Shown: piece by piece, positions 42,420 to 51,402 of the stretch
Numbering within the stretch: the first letter of the stretch is position 1
Layout: every line of letters starts with the position of its first letter
Source of the DNA: an uncultured Nitrososphaerota archaeon
GTDB lineage: Archaea > Thermoproteota > Nitrososphaeria > Nitrososphaerales > CADDZS01
DNA: 64,000 bases
Assembly (NCBI GenBank): GCA_963799845.1
Contig: CAWCYI010000006.1
Coordinates: 608,001 to 672,000 of the forward strand
Reading direction: 5' to 3'
Translations under genes and position numbers: made by a program
The notes under the pieces: model-generated
The model's input: the letters and a program-made list of their open reading frames with translations, nothing else
Database searches by the model: none
Told to the model about the DNA's origin: nothing

Positions 42420-43578
42420 AAGTTTTGATCTCTTTTTGCCCGTAACCAATTGATTTCAGGATCTCTTCGTTGTCTTGACCAAACTTCGGAACTGAGAAGG
42501 TGGGTTCCAATTTCTTTCGGTTTCTACTCCGACGGCTAATAGGAGACCTTGCCACACGAACTTTTTTCTTGTCGCTCTCAAACAGATTGACCGCGTCTTC
42601 CAAAACCCCGAAATCCTGAAGTTCTCTGTCGTCGTAAACTTCGTCGATGGATCTGACTTTGGCACTTGGAACTGTCGTACCCAATCTTTCGAGCAATTCA
42701 TCAGAGTCTAATTCCGAAACAGCTGTTTGAATCGCCTGTTCGATTTCAGTCCTGTGGCCGATGCGGTATTTCATTTCGTCATAGTTCTTGTCGAGTCTGA
42801 TTTTCAATAATGATGATAATTTCTTCCATTGCACATCGCTAAGTGTCGCGATCAATACCCAATTGTTGTCCCTAGTTCTGAAAACTCTATGGGGAGAATA
42901 GCCGGGATGACCAGAGCCCAGCCGTTGCGGAATGATGCTGGTCATGCCAAAATAAGTCGACCAGTAGCCATTCCAGTAAACAGACATATCGAGCAGAGAT
43001 ATCTCTATGAATTTCCCCTTCTTGGATTTCCGACGTTCGAGCATAGCACCGAGCACTTCTATCGTTCCATAAGCAGCAGCTCCCAAATCTATTGACGGAT
43101 TTCCTACCCTAACTGGTTCGCCGTTTGGCTCGCCTGTGAGTGACATCGTCCCACTCATAGCTTGTGCCACCGCATCAAAAGCTGGTCTTTCAAAGTACTT
43201 GCTACTTGAGGAAAACCCTTTGATTGAACAGTAGATCAAATTGGGGTTGAGTTTGCGAAGAATATCATAGGAGAAACCCAATTGATTTGATACGTGTGGA
43301 CCCAAATTTTCTATGAAAATGTCTACTTTTTTCCTGGCGATTAGGCGGTGAAGAATCTCTTGCCCAACGTCGGATTTCAAGTTAAGGGACAGACTTTTCT
43401 TTCCAAGGTTATAGTTCATGAACCCCCAAGGACTAACGGTCCTAGAAGGGTCGCCGGTAATGGGTTGTTCTATTTTTATGACATCAGCGCCGAGGTCGTG
43501 TAATAATGAGCCCATGGCAGGCCCCGCAACCAAGGAAGATACTTCAACCACGATCAAACCTTTAAGCGGCAAAACCAA
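42397..43578 (-). CDS. CaiB/BaiF family (class III) CoA-transferase
   Basis: AGP..LGADVIKIE..GDPSR, NLGKKSLSLNLK, RPAFDAVAQAMSG. Confidence 0.9.
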   Translation of the reverse strand: MVLPLKGLIVVEVSSLVAGPAMGSLLHDLGADVIKIEQPITGDPSRTVSPWGFMNYNLGKKSLSLNLKSDVGQEILHRLIARKKVDIFIENLGPHVSNQLGFSYDILRKLNPNLIYCSIKGFSSSSKYFERPAFDAVAQAMSGTMSLTGEPNGEPVRVGNPSIDLGAAAYGTIEVLGAMLERRKSKKGKFIEISLLDMSVYWNGYWSTYFGMTSIIPQRLGSGHPGYSPHRVFRTRDNNWVLIATLSDVQWKKLSSLLKIRLDKNYDEMKYRIGHRTEIEQAIQTAVSELDSDELLERLGTTVPSAKVRSIDEVYDDRELQDFGVLEDAVNLFESDKKKVRVARSPISRRSRNRKKLEPTFSVPKFGQDNEEILKSIGYGQKEIKTFKRLGVL

Positions 43579-43681
43579 TTTTCAAGGGACATCCTTTTCG
43601 CAAGAACACTTATTTCAAAGTCGAAATCAATTTATCATTTTATCAGTCTGAGAAACAAAAAAACGAAACACTTGATTTGAA

Positions 43682-44869
43682 TTGAATTTTGAGATAACTG
43701 AAGAGCAAGAACTCATCAGAAAGAACGTGAGAAGTTTCTGCGATACAAGGTATCCGAATAGCTACTGGAGAGAGCTTGACAAAAAGAAGGCATACCCCGA
43801 AGAATTTGTCAAAGATCTGACAAGCGAAGGATTCTTGTCGTGTCTAATTCCTCAGGAATATGGTGGGTCGGGACTGGGGATTCTGGAAGCAAGCATCATA
43901 CTCGAAGAAATAAACGCTTCAGGCGGAAATAGCGCAGCCTGTCATGCGCAAATGTACACTATGGGCACTCTCTTAAGGCACGGGACTGAAGAGCAGAAGA
44001 GGAAATACCTAACAAAGATAGCGACAGGTGAGCTTAGACTCCAGACGTTCGCAATAACCGAGCCTGAAGCTGGAATCGACACAACCAGAATCCAAACGAC
44101 AGCAGTTCGAAAAAAGAGCGAAAATATCTATGTGATAAATGGTCACAAGATATTCACGTCGAGACTGCGGCATTCTGATCTCATGCTGTTGCTGGTTAGA
44201 ACAACGCCTTACGAACAAGTCGGTAAGAAGACTGACGGGATCAGCATTTTCTTGATAGATCTGCGAAACTTGGTTGCTGGCTCAAATGGCGTCGCTGGCA
44301 TCAGGTTCAATCAGATCGACACGATGATCAATCATGAAACCAGCGAACTCTTCTTAGAAAATTTGGAAGTTCCCCAAGAAAATATGATCGGTAAGGAAGG
44401 AGAAGGTTTCAAGTACATCTTGGACAGCATTAATGCCGAAAGAATTCTAATCGCATCAGAATGCATAGGGGATGCAATGTTTTGCTTAGAGAAAGCAGTC
44501 GAGTATGCAAATTCTAGGATTGTCTTCAATCGTCCGATAGGTCAAAATCAGGGCGTGCAATTCCCCTTGGCCTCTGCGTATGCAAAGATTCAGGCCGCGA
44601 GCCTTATGCGTTACAAAGCGGCCAGTCTGTTCGACCAGGGCAAACCATGCGGAAATGAGGCCAACTTGGCGAAGCTTCTTTCTTCGGAAGCTTCGATTGA
44701 AGCGGCAAATGTGGCAATGACGACACTCGGGGGATACGGCATGACAAAGGACGCTGATGTTGAAAGGAAGTTCAGAGAATCAAGACTATTCATAGTAGCA
44801 CCCATTCCAAACTACATGATATTGAGCTACATCGCTGAACACATTTTGTCTCTCCCAAAATCCTATTGA
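43682..44869 (-). CDS. Acyl-CoA dehydrogenase
   Basis: ACHAQMYTMGTLLRHG, FAITEPEAGIDT, INGHKIFTS, INAERI, GGYG, VERKFRESRL. Confidence 0.92.
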
Positions 44870-45026
44870 GAAGCACCTGCTCCAAGAATCATTCTATTGC
44901 TGCAATTATCCTGCTTCGAATCGTAGACATAAGGTCTAATGGGGCACCTTTCCGGTTAGAGAATTGCCTAAGAATTCAGCTTCATTCAGAGAACAGAAGA
45001 GATATTTCTGCAAAAAAATGCCGGAC

Positions 45027-46886
45027 TCATACAACTTTCGAAGGAGCCGGCCCAGTAAATTTCTCCAGCTGAAGATCCAAAAGCACTGGATTTCCCTTTC
45101 TCACCAGTCTGATAGCATTAGGGAGCTCCCTTTCAAATTCTTCTACAGTTTCTATTCTTCTTGAGAACACGCCAAAACCTTTTGCGATCGAACAGAAATC
45201 AATGTTCGGTTTATCCAAATCCAGAAATTCGAAATCTCCCGAATCCCTTGCCCAATGCTGAGAGGAATCCTCGATCGGATGCCACTCCGCTGCCCAGCAG
45301 GAATTGTTCAAAATCACGTAAAGGACGCCAATTCCGTAGTGGGCACACGTCCAAAGAGCAGAATCAATATTGCCGAAAATTGCATCTCCATCGCCGGTGG
45401 TGCAAATCACTATCTTTTCAGAATCCGCGATCCTCCCGACTTTGTAAGACCCCATATCCTGTACGTCAATGTATTTTCGGTTAGCCAGCGAGACACCGTA
45501 CGCCATCCCAAGCGTGACGCCCAGATGACCGCTCGGATTTCCAAAGTACGCGCCCGGTCTCGTAAACGTAACTGTCCTGAGGAGAGTTTCCCACGATGAG
45601 GCCGCTCCATTAACCCAAATCGAATCATCCGTAATTTGTTTATTCAGGACGTACCCGACAGACCAATCATCCAGCTTGTTAGATTCGTAACTGAGTAGTG
45701 CTTTCTGTCTCCACGTCGTGAATATGCGGTCGTGTTCGATCTTGTACCTGGCCACCCTTTCTTCGATCATCTTTTTTTCCGGGCTGAGCAACTTTGAGCT
45801 TGCTACGCGGATGATTTTTTGAAGTGTCTCATTCGAATCACAGACCGCTCTAATTTTAGCCGGCACAAGCGAAGCCCCGTAATCGCCGCCAGCGTAGACA
45901 TCCTGTCTGTGGAACGGATCGCTAGTCATGTCAATAACATCGACTTCGTGATTTTTGAAAGTCTGATGCGGTAAGAGTCCAAGTTCAAGTGCAACGACAA
46001 GATCGGTCCGAGTAGGAATCTCGGGTTGCAAATAGCGGCTCACAAATCCCAGGTGTAGTTGATCCGAAACGGGATAGTTCATGAAGAATCGACGTTCCAT
46101 CACACCAACCCCGAACAGATTAGCAAAATCAATCAGGTGACTCACGGCTTCAGGATGCCGTCCTAGCTGAGAAGTGAGAAGCACGGGGTTATCATGAGTA
46201 AGTAAAGAGTCGATTATGCTTTCGATCGTTCCATCATCGGGAACCCTTGGAGAGGTGACGGGTTCTCCTCTAGTGATACCTGTCCAGCCTTTCTGCACAG
46301 TTTGTGCCATCAGATCTTGCCGCAGAGTGACGTAAACTGGTGCCCGATGTTCAGAGAGCGTTGCGTAAAATGCCTTTTCGATGTCGTCCGGCATCGTGTC
46401 AAGTGAATTTACCTGCGCCAACCATTTCACCCAGGGTAGAACCATCATCTGCTGGTAAATACTGTAGTGAAGCTCGGGTGCTCCGGTTTGTATCGGAACG
46501 CCCGGTAAGTTCGCAGAAGCAAAGATCAACGTCGGCGAGGAGTTCATAAAGGCGCCGAAAATTGCGCCTATTGCATTCTGAGTCCCGACTATTCTATCAA
46601 TCAATGCGACACCCTCCCGTCCAGAAGCAAGGGCGTAGCCCATTGCGGCGCTAACGGTTGTAAACTCGTGGAGTCCTTGAATCCACTTTGGAGGTTTCTC
46701 AACCACCATTGCGTCTTGTATGTCGGGCATCCCCGCACCGGTTGTTCCAAATACGTAATCGACTCCCTTGATTTGTAGGAGTTTGATGAACCACTGGCCG
46801 CCGGTTTTCACGTCAATCACGTTATTTTCTAAGCGATCTTGAGAAGTATAGGTTGCGTGGTTGTTATCCTCATCTCTGGGCATCAT
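45027..46886 (-). CDS. Thiamine pyrophosphate-binding enzyme (acetolactate synthase/decarboxylase superfamily)
   Basis: GVDYVFG, HEFTTVSAAMGYA, GDGD...LNN ThDP motif. Confidence 0.85.
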   Translation of the reverse strand: MMPRDEDNNHATYTSQDRLENNVIDVKTGGQWFIKLLQIKGVDYVFGTTGAGMPDIQDAMVVEKPPKWIQGLHEFTTVSAAMGYALASGREGVALIDRIVGTQNAIGAIFGAFMNSSPTLIFASANLPGVPIQTGAPELHYSIYQQMMVLPWVKWLAQVNSLDTMPDDIEKAFYATLSEHRAPVYVTLRQDLMAQTVQKGWTGITRGEPVTSPRVPDDGTIESIIDSLLTHDNPVLLTSQLGRHPEAVSHLIDFANLFGVGVMERRFFMNYPVSDQLHLGFVSRYLQPEIPTRTDLVVALELGLLPHQTFKNHEVDVIDMTSDPFHRQDVYAGGDYGASLVPAKIRAVCDSNETLQKIIRVASSKLLSPEKKMIEERVARYKIEHDRIFTTWRQKALLSYESNKLDDWSVGYVLNKQITDDSIWVNGAASSWETLLRTVTFTRPGAYFGNPSGHLGVTLGMAYGVSLANRKYIDVQDMGSYKVGRIADSEKIVICTTGDGDAIFGNIDSALWTCAHYGIGVLYVILNNSCWAAEWHPIEDSSQHWARDSGDFEFLDLDKPNIDFCSIAKGFGVFSRRIETVEEFERELPNAIRLVRKGNPVLLDLQLEKFTGPAPSKVV

Positions 46887-46922
46887 TGCTAAACCTACTT
46901 TCTGCGCGACAAATACGAACAC

Positions 46923-47435
46923 TCATTTCCATTTCTGGTTGGATTTCCTGACCATGAATGAGCGCTCAAACTCCATTATCGGGGTGTCATTTTGTTTGAA
47001 TCCAGTTGTCCTTACCGTTACGATTCCCATGGAAGGATGGGAATTTGATTCTCGTTTTGCTGTAATTTCGGATTTGGCACTGATGGTGTCTCCAGCGAAA
47101 GTCGGCTTCGAAACCTTCCAGTTAGTCATCCCGAGCATGATTCCATTCTTGCTAGTGTCGCCGACACTGAGACCAAGAACTATGGAGAGGACAAGCAGGG
47201 AATTTACTACGAGTCTTCCGTCAAAAGGAGGGTCAGAGAAATTCTTTTCGACGTATTCCTTATTGTAATGTATCTGATTTGAATTGCATGTTATAAGCGT
47301 GAACCAAATGTTATCAGTGTCCGTTATTGTTCGGCCGCCAGAATGACTCAGTACTTCTCCGACTTTGAAATCCTCGTAAAATGGACCCTCTTCCTTTCCT
47401 CTTTCTTCATCTCGACTCTTGCTTGAAGTTGACAT
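46923..47435 (-). CDS. MaoC-family (R)-specific dehydratase
   Basis: FYEDFKVG..GRTITDTDNIWFT..NSNQIH..PTFAGDTI. Confidence 0.9.
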   Translation of the reverse strand: MSTSSKSRDEERGKEEGPFYEDFKVGEVLSHSGGRTITDTDNIWFTLITCNSNQIHYNKEYVEKNFSDPPFDGRLVVNSLLVLSIVLGLSVGDTSKNGIMLGMTNWKVSKPTFAGDTISAKSEITAKRESNSHPSMGIVTVRTTGFKQNDTPIMEFERSFMVRKSNQKWK

Positions 47436-47679
47436 TGTTCACTCGTACTGTTGGCGAATGTGCAAAACGATGATTTCGGCCGTTATTAAAATGGATTGAG
47501 AGATTCCGTTCTCTCAAATCGCCGATGAACTTGCCATATATTAGGTCGGCCAGTTCAGCAGATAATCAAATCATCGATCTCAAAAACTATGCGAAATATT
47601 CAGAACTTCGCAGACGTGACGATCATAGTCCACGATCCGTAACGATTTAAGGAAAAGCGGAAATGGCGAAAACGGAGAA

Positions 47680-47785
47680 CGCCTCGGGTGAGATTTGAAC
47701 TCACGATCGGTGTAAACCGAAACGGATGTGTGCGCGATTTCTTCGCTTAGCAATCCGTCGCCCTACCAGGCTAGGCGACCGAGGC
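47680..47785 (-). tRNA. tRNA-Ser(GCT) with 20-nt intron at 37/38 (intron 47728-47747)
   Basis: GCCTCGG/CCGAGGC acceptor stem, anticodon stem ACGGA/TCCGT, TT-GCT-A loop, long variable arm TCGGT-TTAC-ACCGA, GTTCAAATC T-loop, G discriminator, no encoded CCA. Confidence 0.93.
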
Positions 47786-47864
47786 CCAGATGACCACACA
47801 ATCTGGAATTAGCTATTTCAGCTGTTGGGTAGGCTAACTTTGGCTTTACTTTGGTTCGAAGAAT

Positions 47865-48491
47865 TTGATGATCCCGATTCCTAATCATGCCGCTCAAATC
47901 AAAGTAGATGCCGCCATAATGCAAGAGAGAGAAGGTCTAATAAATCGCGGACTGGCAGCTCGCAGCGACGTCCAGAAGGCGGTCTTGTCCATAACCGAAT
48001 ACAGGTTTACAACAGTAGACGGCCAACTGATAGTTGTTGCAGCCGATGACAAATTCAAAGTCATACTGGGAAGCTATCCAAGTTACAGCCCAAGATCAGG
48101 TCTCATTTTCAAAGTTGATTCTGGAAGGGAGACCGATGAGAGTCTGGTTGTGGACGTTATTTCGAGAGAGTTAAGGACGATCTTGGGTAGGGCAACAGCC
48201 ATCAGAGGAAAAAAAGTTGTAGAGTACTGTGGACAAACCTCCCTTGACTCGGACCAGATGATGACGACTATCACTGTGGCTCTGAAGCAAGAGGCGGGAA
48301 TAACTCGCGAAGAGGTAAAGAAAGTATCACGGATGCGAAGGTTCATGTCAAGACTTGGATTCAAGAGTACGCCCTCTTCCGAAGCTTCCAGAATCACTGA
48401 TTACAATTCGGCTGCAAAAACTGGAACAAGCATCGGTGATTTGACTCTTCAGGAAACATATCATCGGCAATTAGATGCATTATTACCCTAG
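47865..48491 (+). CDS. Hypothetical protein
   Basis: 208-aa ORF filling the gap between the tRNA and the Thr-rich gene; no recognised motif. Confidence 0.6.
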   Translation: MMIPIPNHAAQIKVDAAIMQEREGLINRGLAARSDVQKAVLSITEYRFTTVDGQLIVVAADDKFKVILGSYPSYSPRSGLIFKVDSGRETDESLVVDVISRELRTILGRATAIRGKKVVEYCGQTSLDSDQMMTTITVALKQEAGITREEVKKVSRMRRFMSRLGFKSTPSSEASRITDYNSAAKTGTSIGDLTLQETYHRQLDALLP

Positions 48492-48607
48492 TTTGTATAG
48501 GGCGACTTTCTAGTCAGAACCACGAATACCTAAGACAGAAGATTCATGCCAAGAAGGTCGGAGTCGAAAATTGGATTGTGGACTGAATCCTTAGCTAGCC
48601 CCAATTT

Positions 48608-50302
48608 CTAACATCCAAAGTAGTCAGTCTGAGTTGTCGATGAGTCAGTCGCTGTTGAAGTGGTTGTTGAAGCGCAGCTATTTGTAAAAGTTGTAGCTGT
48701 CACGGTAGTTGCAGTTACAGTTGTTTCGTAAGTAGTTGTGGTTCCCCCATCAACTGTCTGATAAGTGGTAACTGATCCGCCATTAATTGTAGAAGTAGTA
48801 GTTGTACTATCAGTTTCAGTCGAGGTAGTTGTTGTGGTGGTTGTCTGAGTGTAAGTTGTAGTAACAGTTGTAGAATCTGTTTCCGTTGACGTTGAACTTG
48901 TAGTCGTCGCAAATGTCTGGGTAGTAGTCGAGGTCACAGCAGTTTGATCCGTTTCTGTCGATGTTGTAGTAGCAGGAACTGTCGATGTTGAAGTTGTGGT
49001 TATGGTGGTTGGATCCGTTTCCGTAGAAGTTGTGGTCGTAGGAATCGTAGTTGTAGATATGGTCGTATCTGTTGTTGTGGTGTTGTGTATATGAGTCGAC
49101 GTGGTGGTTGTAACGGTCGGAACTGTTATCGTTGTCGTCACACTTGTAAAGACATAATCAGTACCTGTCGATATAGTTGTAGTTGGAATGGTTTGGGTAG
49201 AGGTCGAAGTTATCGTGGCCTGATCCGTCTCTGTGTTTGTTATCGTAGTTTGATCTGTTTCTGTAGATGTCGTTGTAGTGGGAAATGTAGAAGTTGAAGT
49301 GATAGTCTTTGGAACGATTATCGTTGTTGTGCTAGTCGTAGAAGCCGTAGCGGTTGAAGTCGATGTCGTAATTGCTGGAATCGTCTGAGTAGAAGTCGAA
49401 GATACGGTGGTCTGAATTGTGTCCGTGGAAGTTGTCGTAGCAGGGATAGTCGTTGTAGAAGTTGTTGTAACGGGAATAGTGGTCGTAGAAGTTGTAGGAA
49501 TGGTCACGGTTGACGTTATCGTAGCAGGAATTGTCGTTGTAGATGTTGTTGAAGCGGAAATCGTCGCTGTAGACGTTGTGGTTGCAGGAATAGTATCTGT
49601 AGAGGTAGTAGTTGCCGCAACGGTTTGAGTGGATGTTGTAGACACCGGGATAGTAGTCGTTGAAGTTGTGGTTGCCGGAACGGTTGATGTTGATGTTTTG
49701 GTCGTAGGAATTGTGACTGTAGAGGTTACCGTTACTGGTATTGTTGTGGTCGAAGTCGTTGGCACTACTGAAGTCGAAGTAACTGTTGTGGTTGTCGAAG
49801 TTGGAATCGTAGTAGTCGAAGTAACTGGAATTGTTGTCGTGTACGTTGTGGCTGTTGCTACAGTTGAAGTTTCCGGATCCATGGAAGTTGAAGTAACTGT
49901 TTGAGTTGCAGTGGTTGAATCGGTCACAAGAGTCGAATCAGTCACTGTTGTCGTATCTGTGTCTGTAACGTGAGAGGTAGAGGTTACAGTCGTTGGATCG
50001 GTCAGAGTAGTATCGAAGGTTGATGTACTAGTCGTTCCGGTCATACTGGTCACGGTACTCGAGAAGGTCAGCGTAGTACTCGATATGAAACAACATGCAG
50101 TCGAGGTCGAAGTCGTAGTTTCAGTTTTACAGCAAGTCGTCTTCGTCGATGTTACCGTTTTGGTTGTTGTCTTAGTGGTCGTTTTTGCGGCTGTTGTTGC
50201 CGCTGGAGCTTGGCTCTGCGAAAAGGCCGAGGAAGAAACGGCCGTGAAAGCTACAAGGATAACCAAAAAGACCAGAGCCATTAAAGCGAATTTTCGAATC
50301 AA
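48608..50302 (-). CDS. Secreted Thr-rich repetitive (mucin/adhesin-like) protein
   Basis: Signal peptide MIRKFALMALVFLVILVAFTAVSSSAFS; many TTTSTxTIP-like repeats; CC..CC near the N-terminus and two Cys at the C-terminus. Confidence 0.85.
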   Translation of the reverse strand: MIRKFALMALVFLVILVAFTAVSSSAFSQSQAPAATTAAKTTTKTTTKTVTSTKTTCCKTETTTSTSTACCFISSTTLTFSSTVTSMTGTTSTSTFDTTLTDPTTVTSTSHVTDTDTTTVTDSTLVTDSTTATQTVTSTSMDPETSTVATATTYTTTIPVTSTTTIPTSTTTTVTSTSVVPTTSTTTIPVTVTSTVTIPTTKTSTSTVPATTTSTTTIPVSTTSTQTVAATTTSTDTIPATTTSTATISASTTSTTTIPATITSTVTIPTTSTTTIPVTTTSTTTIPATTTSTDTIQTTVSSTSTQTIPAITTSTSTATASTTSTTTIIVPKTITSTSTFPTTTTSTETDQTTITNTETDQATITSTSTQTIPTTTISTGTDYVFTSVTTTITVPTVTTTTSTHIHNTTTTDTTISTTTIPTTTTSTETDPTTITTTSTSTVPATTTSTETDQTAVTSTTTQTFATTTSSTSTETDSTTVTTTYTQTTTTTTTSTETDSTTTTSTINGGSVTTYQTVDGGTTTTYETTVTATTVTATTFTNSCASTTTSTATDSSTTQTDYFGC

Positions 50303-50427
50303 TTTTCCTATGTCACCCTATCTTTTACTACCGAATTTTGGATCTTCTTGGATAACGAAAAATTTTGGAGAAGGAAGCTTGCCGGATGAAAAGCGCACCA
50401 AAACGCTGGGTGAATAAAATAGGAAGC

Positions 50428-51177
50428 TTATGGGCAATTCACCTGAGTTTGTGTCGTCGTCGCACCGGTGATATCGCTTTCCGTACATGTTAGCGTGATC
50501 GTGGCGCCTGTCGTGATTCCGGTGACTGTAATTGTCTTTGTCACTTTTGTCGCTGTCGAAACCGTGGCAGTTGTTCTTTCGGTCTGCGTCGTAAGCGCAG
50601 TTTGTGTCGTGGACGCGGTTAAGGTACGAGTTGTGCGATCCGTTTGGGTTGTCTGAATAGTATCTGTGAGAGTCGTCGGAAAAGTGCTCGTTATCGTCTC
50701 GATTGTGGTCTCTGTGATCAGAACCGTGCCGGAAGTTAGTACAGTAGTTGTCTGCTCTTCAGTTTGATAAATTATTTCACTCATAACCGAGGTCGTAAAT
50801 GATGTCAGGGTCTGGGTCGCCGAACCGTTAGTCACGGTCGTGTAGATAGGAATCGTGAGCGTCGAATTCACGTTTGAAGTCGTTACCGTATAAGAAGTGA
50901 CTAGAGCTGTGCTGGTCCCGTTGATGAGCGTCGTTGTGAAATGATTGGTCTGCGTCACTGTTTCTGGTATCGTGGTCGTGGTGTTGACGTAGTTCGTAAT
51001 GTTTGTTTCGTCGGCATTTGTCGTCTGATTACCGGGTTGCGTCGTCACAGTGTAGGCTAGTGATGAAAAAGAGGACGAATTGAACGGGAATAAGGTCCTC
51101 TGGACTCCTATCACCCCAATTGAGATGGTCAAGATGATGGCTATGGAAATCACTGTGAGTATTGCTGATCTTTGCAT
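50428..51177 (-). CDS. Membrane-anchored/secreted Thr-rich protein
   Basis: N-terminal TM/signal, Thr-rich body with several NxS/T sequons, terminal C..C pair (LTCTE...VNCP). Confidence 0.8.
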   Translation of the reverse strand: MQRSAILTVISIAIILTISIGVIGVQRTLFPFNSSSFSSLAYTVTTQPGNQTTNADETNITNYVNTTTTIPETVTQTNHFTTTLINGTSTALVTSYTVTTSNVNSTLTIPIYTTVTNGSATQTLTSFTTSVMSEIIYQTEEQTTTVLTSGTVLITETTIETITSTFPTTLTDTIQTTQTDRTTRTLTASTTQTALTTQTERTTATVSTATKVTKTITVTGITTGATITLTCTESDITGATTTQTQVNCP

Positions 51178-51402
51178 GATCTACGCGCTTTTTTTATTTC
51201 GACGCAGGATTATGCTGGTTACCAGTTTTGTAAGTTGTATTTTTCTGGATCGGGACTAGTACCATTTTTCCAAGGTCCGTCTCATCTCAACCAGTGGGGT
51301 AGATTTTTCATCGTGTCAAAATTCGTTTGCCACGTAGTCTAAGATTGAAAACAATAACCATAAAGGCCTCCAATCGACTAGCAACGGCCGGAAGACCCCC
51401 TC

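Noticed and set aside
44891-44902. Third copy of the hairpin element (ATTCTATTGCT matches the reverse complement of the copy 1 flank)
   Set aside because: Only 11 nt match; the stem-loop and TAATAAATCA block are absent.
48608-50302. CRISPR array or DNA tandem repeat
   Set aside because: Repetition is at the protein level (Thr codons with varied third positions); no identical repeats with unique spacers.
49085-50656. Val-rich plus-strand ORFs (49419, 49629, 50085, 50468 etc.)
   Set aside because: Antisense shadows of Thr codons in the minus-strand genes.
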